A stretch of 64,000 nucleotides of DNA from Haliotis cracherodii (Eukaryota), in NCBI RefSeq assembly GCF_022045235.1, contig NW_027266268.1:17794001-17858000 (forward strand), written 5' to 3'. Each line of letters begins with the position of its first letter. Position 1 is the first letter of the stretch. Shown here piece after piece: positions 59,501 to 64,000 of the stretch. Position numbers and translations under genes: made by a program. The notes beneath the pieces were generated by a model. That model was not told the DNA's origin. It was given only the letters and a program-made list of their open reading frames with translations, and did no database searches.

Positions 59501-60906
59501 ACAGATGCTTCGTTTATTTCATGCTATCTTCCTCCTTATCCTCATGGCAATACTTGAAAACAATAGTGTTAACAAGTCCCACATTGATCGAGTAATCCGG
59601 AGTTTGGCTTCATGCCTATTCGACATTTCCAACTGCGGATAACTCTAATTGACGAGATTTTAATTGTTATCAAAGACTTACAATATATACCAGAAACCAA
59701 GATAATTATTTCCTGAGAGTGGATGGGGTGTGCCATTGCACAGTTTGGTTCTGAAGAAAGCTGTTGACTTCTGTGGCGACATATTTCCGTTTCATACACT
59801 TTGGGCCATGTGAGAATCAAACCCGGCTGATACAAGATAACGATGCATCCACTGGGCTACCTCCCATCCGCCGTCCCCTGCCTGCAACCCGCCACCCGCC
59901 ACTCACCACTCGCCAACCGCCACTCGCCATCCGCCGCCCGCCGCTCACCACTCGCCACCCGCCGCTCGCCATCCGCCGCCCGCCGCTCACCACTCGCCAC
60001 CCGCCGCTCGCCATCCGCCGCCCGCCACTCACCACTCGCCACCCGCCGCTCGCCATCCGCCGCCCGCCACTCGCCACCCGCCACCCGCCGTCCGCCGCCC
60101 GACCCTCGACATCCGCCACCCGCCACTCGTCACTCACCACTCGCCTCTCGCCACCCGCCACCCGCCTCTCGCTACCCGCCGCTCGCCACTCGACATCCGC
60201 CACTCGCCACCTGCCACTCGCTACCCGCCGCTCGACCCTCGACATCCGCCACCCGCCACCTGCCACTCGCTACCCGCCGCTCGCCACGCGACATCCGCCA
60301 CTCACCACTCGCCAACTGCCACTCGCTACCCGCCGCTCGCCACTCGACATCCGCCACCCGCCACCCGCCTCTCGCCACCCGCCGCTCGCCACTCGACATC
60401 CGCCACTCGCCACCTGCCACTCGCTACCCGCCATCGACTCCCGCCATCCGCCACCCGCCGCTCGCCCTCCGCCACCCGCCATCGACTCCCGCCATCTGCA
60501 ACTGTCACCCGCCACCCGCCTCTCGCCATACGCCACTCGCCACACGCCACACACCACACGCCACACGCCATCGACTACCGCCATTCGCAACTGTCACCCG
60601 CCACCCGCCTCTCGCCATACGCCATTCGCCATACGCCACTCGCCACTCGCCACCCGCCATCGACTACCGCCATTCGCAACCAGTCACCCGACACCCGCCG
60701 CCCTACTCCCACCATCCGCTTAATGGGTCCCGCAACCCGACATCGTTGTGAAGGTAATAAGGTTATTGACAAGTGGGTACAATGTACATATAACCCAAGA
60801 GATGGCTTACCCCGAGATGGTGTGTGTCCTCGACATCTCTTTCCCCGGATTCCACACGAAACCGACCGGCATTTTGAGTGGAACCGTCGGAATCAACAGA
60901 TGTGAG
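21724..60906 (-). CDS. GARNL3: GTPase-activating Rap/RanGAP domain-like protein 3 (RapGAP + CNH domain), 26 coding exons, 5' end missing
   Basis: Exons translate collinearly to recognisable GARNL3 motifs: [128 protein letters not shown]. All junctions are GT-AG with matching phases; total 2670 nt. Confidence 0.95.
21900..22500. repeat. Degenerate ~40-bp tandem repeat
   Basis: Recurrent tgttattacaatg(g/a)gaga-like motif. Confidence 0.55.
22260..22402 (-). mobile_element. SINE family A, diverged
   Basis: Similarity to other copies, with an internal deletion. Confidence 0.75.
22995..23262 (+). mobile_element. SINE family D, diverged
   Basis: Similarity to other copies, with deletions. Confidence 0.78.
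23531..23617. repeat. Compound (AAT)n(ACT)n microsatellite
   Basis: Read directly from the sequence. Confidence 0.95.
23669..23883 (-). CDS. GARNL3: GARNL3 exon: [20 protein letters not shown]...[10 protein letters not shown]
   Basis: tttgcag / gtgagc, phase 1-0; NIYKIPL motif. Confidence 0.88.
24308..24796. repeat. 18-bp minisatellite (cttacaagaaggagaaga) spanning an exon/intron junction
   Basis: About 27 units; the reverse complement TCTTCTCCTTCTT|GTAAG is the splice donor. Confidence 0.92.
24785..24884 (-). CDS. GARNL3: GARNL3 exon: [33 protein letters not shown] (3' boundary ambiguous)
   Basis: gtttcag / gtaagt; several equivalent in-phase donors follow. Confidence 0.88.
25161..25404 (+). 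mobile_element. SINE-like family B
   Basis: Full length; short TSD atttaca; tail ends ~12 nt from a donor site. Confidence 0.82.
25416..25534 (-). CDS. GARNL3: GARNL3 exon: [40 protein letters not shown]
   Basis: tttccag / gtatgt, phase 1-0. Confidence 0.94.
25858..26098 (+). mobile_element. SINE-like family B, 5'-truncated
   Basis: Similarity to other copies. Confidence 0.82.
26194..26329. repeat. 29-bp tandem repeat (~4.7 units) spanning an exon/intron junction
   Basis: Unit gatatgccgtacctatagagtttaaattg. Confidence 0.92.
26322..26402 (-). CDS. GARNL3: GARNL3 exon: [27 protein letters not shown]
   Basis: attccag / gtacgg, phase 1-1. Confidence 0.9.
26520..27160. repeat. 18-19-bp minisatellite (caggttcacattaac)
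   Basis: Read directly from the sequence. Confidence 0.9.
27606..27778 (-). mobile_element. SINE family A
   Basis: TSD catcactatttg. Confidence 0.9.
27854..28035 (+). mobile_element. SINE family A
   Basis: TSD ctttagcagata. Confidence 0.9.
28686..28752 (-). CDS. GARNL3: GARNL3 exon: [22 protein letters not shown]
   Basis: gtttcag / gtacgt, phase 0-1. Confidence 0.93.
29325..29578 (+). mobile_element. SINE-like family B
   Basis: Similarity to other copies; followed by a partial copy extending to ~29715. Confidence 0.8.
29824..29990 (+). mobile_element. SINE family A
   Basis: TSD tcttacgaacga. Confidence 0.9.
30256..30390 (-). mobile_element. SINE family A, internally deleted
   Basis: Similarity to other copies. 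Confidence 0.8.
30585..30737 (-). CDS. GARNL3: GARNL3 exon: [16 protein letters not shown]...[22 protein letters not shown]
   Basis: ttttcag / gtaaga, phase 0-0. Confidence 0.92.
30771..31037 (-). mobile_element. SINE family C, full length
   Basis: Complete head, body and tail. Confidence 0.85.
32553..32800 (+). mobile_element. SINE-like family B
   Basis: Similarity to other copies. Confidence 0.8.
32941..33850 (-). mobile_element. 5'-truncated LINE: ORF2 C-terminus and 3' UTR (RTE-X-like), in a GARNL3 intron
   Basis: Translation SEIWG...ECGRYPL...VKYW...[12 protein letters not shown]...ERVCKAC...[10 protein letters not shown] is the CCHC-like tail typical of these retrotransposons; ends near aataaagagatta; no RT domain present. 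Confidence 0.85.
34141..34304 (-). CDS. GARNL3: GARNL3 exon: [21 protein letters not shown]...DGFTFIR
   Basis: tccccag / gtaggc, phase 1-0. Confidence 0.92.
34550..34745 (-). mobile_element. SINE-like family B, 5'-truncated
   Basis: Similarity to other copies. Confidence 0.8.
34923..35135 (+). mobile_element. SINE-like family B, diverged
   Basis: Similarity to other copies. Confidence 0.75.
35158..35271 (-). CDS. GARNL3: GARNL3 exon: [16 protein letters not shown]...[10 protein letters not shown]
   Basis: tatttag / gtaaaa, phase 1-1. Confidence 0.92.
35637..35735 (-). CDS. GARNL3: GARNL3 exon: [33 protein letters not shown]
   Basis: ttgtcag / gtattt, phase 1-1. Confidence 0.9.
35936..36103 (+). 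mobile_element. SINE family A
   Basis: Similarity to other copies. Confidence 0.82.
36126..36345 (-). mobile_element. SINE-like family B
   Basis: Intact 5' end, tail missing. Confidence 0.83.
36532..36579 (-). CDS. GARNL3: GARNL3 exon: [16 protein letters not shown]
   Basis: tctgcag / gtatgt, phase 1-1. Confidence 0.88.
37355..37418 (-). CDS. GARNL3: GARNL3 exon: [21 protein letters not shown]
   Basis: gtttcag / gtgagt; start of the CNH region. Confidence 0.92.
37593..38080 (-). mobile_element. SINE family D with expanded (GT)n, interrupted by a family A copy
   Basis: Similarity to the 16563 copy. Confidence 0.83.
37692..37836 (+). mobile_element. SINE family A nested in a family D copy
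   Basis: Interrupts family D at gtccggact, which is duplicated imperfectly on both sides. Confidence 0.82.
38516..38599 (-). CDS. GARNL3: GARNL3 exon: [28 protein letters not shown]
   Basis: acctcag / gtaagc, phase 0-0. Confidence 0.9.
38746..38989 (-). mobile_element. SINE-like family B
   Basis: Full length. Confidence 0.86.
39235..39442 (-). mobile_element. SINE family D, diverged
   Basis: Similarity to other copies. Confidence 0.7.
40140..41065. repeat. 18-bp minisatellite (gctcacatcacagatgca), ~50 units, intronic
   Basis: Read directly from the sequence; explains the 334 and 313 aa ORFs. Confidence 0.95.
41164..41268 (-). CDS. GARNL3: GARNL3 exon: [35 protein letters not shown]
   Basis: tcaacag / gtaggt, phase 0-0. 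Confidence 0.9.
41508..41542. repeat. (AAT)n microsatellite
   Basis: Read directly from the sequence. Confidence 0.9.
42718..42940 (+). mobile_element. SINE family C, 5'-truncated
   Basis: TSD tacaatgtacag on both sides. Confidence 0.87.
43535..43680 (-). mobile_element. SINE family A, diverged
   Basis: Similarity to other copies. Confidence 0.72.
45070..45185 (-). CDS. GARNL3: GARNL3 exon: [39 protein letters not shown]
   Basis: tttacag / gtatca, phase 1-0. Confidence 0.93.
45576..45805 (-). mobile_element. SINE-like family B
   Basis: Similarity to other copies. Confidence 0.82.
45886..46057. mobile_element. Tc1/mariner-superfamily (pogo/Tigger-like) MITE
   Basis: TIR CAGTAAACTACGGTTATAACGAAC, TA TSD; second copy at 62092. 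Confidence 0.88.
46110..46216 (-). CDS. GARNL3: GARNL3 exon: [35 protein letters not shown]
   Basis: ttggcag / gtaagt, phase 2-1. Confidence 0.94.
46236..46488 (-). mobile_element. SINE-like family B
   Basis: Full length; tail ends ~19 nt from an acceptor. Confidence 0.86.
46604..46649 (-). CDS. GARNL3: GARNL3 exon: [16 protein letters not shown]
   Basis: ccttaacttagcag / gtaagt, phase 1-2. Confidence 0.9.
46745..46945 (-). mobile_element. SINE-like family B
   Basis: Similarity to other copies. Confidence 0.82.
47955..48085 (-). mobile_element. SINE-like family B, 3' half
   Basis: Similarity to other copies. Confidence 0.8.
48323..48593 (+). mobile_element. SINE family C, full length
   Basis: Complete head, body and tail; lies inside the U12 intron. 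Confidence 0.87.
48802..48913 (-). CDS. GARNL3: GARNL3 exon: [16 protein letters not shown]...KTRFT (catalytic Asn thumb)
   Basis: atttcag / gtatccttt (U12-type donor). Confidence 0.94.
49283..49505 (-). mobile_element. SINE-like family B
   Basis: Similarity to other copies. Confidence 0.82.
49655..49758 (-). CDS. GARNL3: GARNL3 exon: [35 protein letters not shown]
   Basis: ttttcag / gtatgt, phase 1-0. Confidence 0.94.
49792..52105. repeat. 83-bp satellite, ~28 units, intronic
   Basis: Units start at e.g. 50281 and 50364. Confidence 0.96.
52485..52583 (-). CDS. GARNL3: GARNL3 exon: [33 protein letters not shown]
   Basis: ttttcag / gtaagc, phase 1-1. Confidence 0.93.
52800..53495. repeat. 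46-bp CpG-rich minisatellite, ~15 units
   Basis: Unit cttgacgcgtcgctttcacgtcagtccaccttcacgttacgtgccc. Confidence 0.93.
55502..55577 (-). CDS. GARNL3: GARNL3 exon: [25 protein letters not shown]
   Basis: gtaacag / gtaagt; start of the RapGAP catalytic domain. Confidence 0.93.
55922..56012 (-). CDS. GARNL3: GARNL3 exon: [31 protein letters not shown]
   Basis: ttttcag / gtaaga, phase 2-0. Confidence 0.92.
56235..56299 (-). CDS. GARNL3: GARNL3 exon: [21 protein letters not shown]
   Basis: ctttcag / gtacac, phase 0-2. Confidence 0.9.
56600..56718 (-). CDS. GARNL3: GARNL3 exon: [15 protein letters not shown]...[12 protein letters not shown]
   Basis: tttatag / gtacgt, phase 1-0. Confidence 0.93.
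57837..57921 (-). CDS. GARNL3: GARNL3 exon: [28 protein letters not shown]
   Basis: ttttcag / gtaagt; abuts the assembly gap. Confidence 0.92.
57929..58353. other. Assembly gap (N run)
   Basis: Run of n. Confidence 0.99.
58364..58525 (-). mobile_element. SINE family A, diverged
   Basis: Similarity to other copies. Confidence 0.78.
59237..59390 (-). mobile_element. SINE family A
   Basis: Similarity to other copies. Confidence 0.8.
59862..60720. repeat. C-rich 7-bp-based minisatellite (ccgccac/ctcgcca)
   Basis: Read directly from the sequence; explains the overlapping ORFs on both strands. Confidence 0.92.
60811..60906 (-). CDS. GARNL3: GARNL3 exon: [32 protein letters not shown]
   Basis: ttttcag / gtaagc, phase 0-0. 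Confidence 0.88.
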
Positions 60907-61274
60907 CTGAAAATTAAAAAAAATATGCATATCACCACGTGACCAACAATCTCGAATTCTACCACGTATTCTTCTTCAAATGATTGCAACAATGGTGACA
61001 GCTGAATCTTTACTGTCTACCAGGAACGAAACCCAGCCTCTGTACCAAACAGCCTGACAATAATCGAAAATGAACAATTTAAACCAGTGGCTGATGGCAT
61101 GAACACTGGTTCATTTCGCCGAGGTACGATGATTTACCTTCGGCTAAGAAGCATATAGTCATAATCTTATTCCCATTTTAATTGACAGTTACAGTTGCCC
61201 TAGGATCATTGCCATTATGCCATTCCCACAGTTGAAATGGGTAGATAGTTCGATAAATCGTTACATAGCTATGC

Positions 61275-61565
61275 GGGGACACAGTTGGCCCAGTCGTCTA
61301 AGGCGCCGCGATTCGCTGTGTAGAGTTGCGTCCCGTGGGCACGCCAGAAACATATGATTGCGGGTTCGAATCCCGGTTGGCCCTGATTATGTTTCTAGGT
61401 TTGCCAGCACCATACCCGTGCTCATGGGTTTGACCGAAGTGGCAAACGTCTGAGACGTGCATCACTTCGGGCTTTCCTCCTACATTAAGTTGACACGTCG
61501 TGATATTACTGGAATACTGTTAAACGGCGTTAAACCCAACCCAACTCACTCACTCACTCACTCAC
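61275..61565 (+). mobile_element. SINE family C, full length
   Basis: TSD acatagctatgc. Confidence 0.88.
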
Positions 61566-62091
61566 ACATAGCTATGCACACCCGTTACCAAATTCAAACA
61601 TGTTAGAGCAGGTCCACAGCAAGCAATGCTCGTCGTACGAGAGGGCTAAATGGATCTTAAGATCAGGTACGGTGACTTGTTTGATCGCATCGATTTTTGA
61701 TAATATCAATCACTGATCAAGACTCGATTATTGACAGGACGCCGACATACATGCATATGAATACATGAATATTACTGAGTGTGGCGTGAAACAACAAACA
61801 AACACAATTCAAGAAAACTAATGCAATATGTTACCTTTGTGGGTCTTGCATGTCGTTTTAATATTTCCTGAATAGTATTATGTATTAGGCAAGTGTTATA
61901 CCATCGTAATGTGTCTGGGATACAAAATATATCTAGTTTATATTGAGCAAAGCTACTATGTCGTTAATCAGATATTTCCTTATGAGGATTCCAGGGCAGA
62001 TTAGGTGCAGACTCGGGTTTTCACAGTACATAAACATTTGTGTTTATGAATCGCAATCAAATAGCGATACTACCTGTTCGTGAATGGGTTA

Positions 62092-62267
62092 GAGTAAACT
62101 ACGGTTATAACGAACTCAAAGGGACTACTAATTTTAGTTCGTTATAACCGTAGTTCGTTATAAGCATATATACAGCATAACTACAGCAAATAGTCTGGAT
62201 CATAAAAGTAAGTTCGTTATATACGTCAGTTCGTTATAAGCGTGTTCGTTATAACCGTAGTTTACTG
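62092..62267. mobile_element. Tc1/mariner-superfamily (pogo/Tigger-like) MITE
   Basis: Same TIR and internal sequence as 45886; TA TSD. Confidence 0.88.
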
Positions 62268-62778
62268 TATTTATTTTTTCGCGACGGTGTGAAATTAGTG
62301 TTGGTTATTCCAGAAAGCTGGGCAACTCTCGTTCCATATGCCTCTGTGTTTCACGGCTCTTCTACTGTAAGTGAGAAATTCAAAAGTCATTTGAGAACAA
62401 TGACTTCATTAAGGAATTGATTTAGCTAAGTATAGTGTTTGCCTGCGCTGATTTTAGACCAAAACGTTAAACATTGATAGCCGAAGTGTTATGTTGAATC
62501 GATCTGCCAAATGAACTCAACTATCAGGTGGCACATTAAAAAGGACTTGTTATGACATTGAAGAACTTCGGCATTGTTTGGCGCCAGCAATCAGTCTTTA
62601 TTGACGTGAATAATTATACAATACATAAAGGTCATAGGCCTTTATTCCGTCGCTTGCCTGATGGATGTGTTTCCTTTTGTCTTTTGCCTATCTCCTCGGA
62701 CTTCGTTCGTGAATGGAGGTGTACATCCCGCCATACAAGGGGCACCGTCAACGCGAGTCAGTTGTTCACCTGAACACC

Positions 62779-62952
62779 GGGGCGGTCGGGTAGCCTAGTG
62801 GTTAGAGCGTTCGCTCGTCACGCCGAAGACCCGGGTTCGATTCCCGACATGGGTACAATGTGTGAAGCCCATTTCTGGTGTCCCCCGCCGTGATATTACT
62901 GGAATATTGCCAAAAGTGGCGTAAAACCATATTCACTCACTCACTCACTCAC
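62779..62952 (+). mobile_element. SINE family A
   Basis: Near-consensus copy. Confidence 0.9.
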
Positions 62953-63125
62953 TTGGACACGGGAACAGATGGTACATGTCCAAATAAAGAATCGCATCGG
63001 ACATAAATTTTGTCATCGATGCGTCAGATACCGAGAGGTCCTCCACATGTTTACAATGTAACGTTTTGAAAGCTACGCTGATGAATTGAATGTGGTAACC
63101 TTGATGAAACAACAGTTATACGTAG

Positions 63126-63290
63126 TGAGTGAGTGAGTATGGTTTTACGCCGTTTTTAGCAATATTCCAGCAATATCACGGCGGGGGTCACCAGAAATAG
63201 GCTTCAAACATTGTACCCATGTCGGGAATCGAACCCGGGTCTGCGCCGTGACGAGCGAACGCTTTAACCACTAGGCTACCCGACCGCCCC
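63126..63290 (-). mobile_element. SINE family A
   Basis: TSD gttatacgtagtga. Confidence 0.9.
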
Positions 63291-64000
63291 GTTATACGTA
63301 GTGAAATGGAGACACAAAAGGCTGGAGCTGCTCGACACAAAGGGAATTTCGACCTTTGGAAATTTGAAGTCATGTAGAGTCAGAGCATTCTAAGCATTTA
63401 TAATGGCCAAAGGTTTGTCATACGGAACATATCTCCACTGAAGAATACTTGGTGGCAGCATGATTTGTCGTAAATGAAGTTCCGGGGAAAAAATGGAAAT
63501 TTACTCCAGATAGTCACGACACGATAATAGGATAATTTGAGGTACAAATGTGCCGTTATACAATAGCAAGATAAGCAATCATTATCACGGGGGCAAAGAT
63601 TAAATTAGAGAATTCCTGATACGATCATATAAATAAAGGATTTTGTTTGGGCGCGGATCCTGCTCTCCATGTCTGTTTCGTATCAGCACAGGTTTACCAG
63701 CAAAATATTGCCTCGAAAACGCATGCGCATTCAGATTGGACGTAACAATTTACGTTACAAATTCTGTGGAACTCAAAAGAGTATGAATCTTTGCATAATT
63801 AAATTGTAGAGTGCAGTTTACATGTAACAGCCAGTACTGGTAAAAATAACTTCAGAGTGTCGGTGGTTGATTTTCTATAATCTCACGTTGAATCTCCATC
63901 CGTAATAAACTTAAGCTTCTGACATCACTAAACGTCTTAGAAATAGTGTTTTATGTATTGCATGAGTTGAAATGACCGCAATAGTCACACGTCGGCCCAC

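Noticed and set aside
59764-60751. Overlapping Pro/Arg/Ala-rich ORFs of up to 319 aa
   Set aside because: GC-rich repeat lacking stop codons in several frames on both strands
60907-64000. GARNL3 N-terminal exon (RRGxFSRKHYGSVE-like)
   Set aside because: No matching translation found; presumably beyond the window

Overview
AT-rich animal genomic DNA, very likely molluscan. The SINE repertoire resembles gastropod/abalone repeats, but this is inferred and not database-checked. There are two minus-strand genes. (1) A GARNL3 orthologue (RapGAP + CNH domains), reconstructed by hand as 26 phase-consistent GT-AG coding exons from 60906 down to the stop at 21724 (2670 nt, 889 aa). Its first exon(s) were not found and probably lie beyond the window. 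It has one U12-type intron (46650-48801) and two introns that begin with tandem copies of their own splice donor. (2) An apparently orphan ~824-828 aa secreted, very basic, Gln/Asn/Arg/Ser/Pro/Thr-rich protein (main exon 2072-4540). Its probable first coding intron is almost entirely a ~900 bp foldback palindrome. The remainder consists of four SINE families sharing a related 3' tail (one lacks a tRNA head and begins with a compact multi-stem RNA fold), MITEs, a LINE 3' fragment, many mini/microsatellites often next to exons, and an assembly gap (57929-58353). Most short ORFs in the supplied track are repeat-derived noise.
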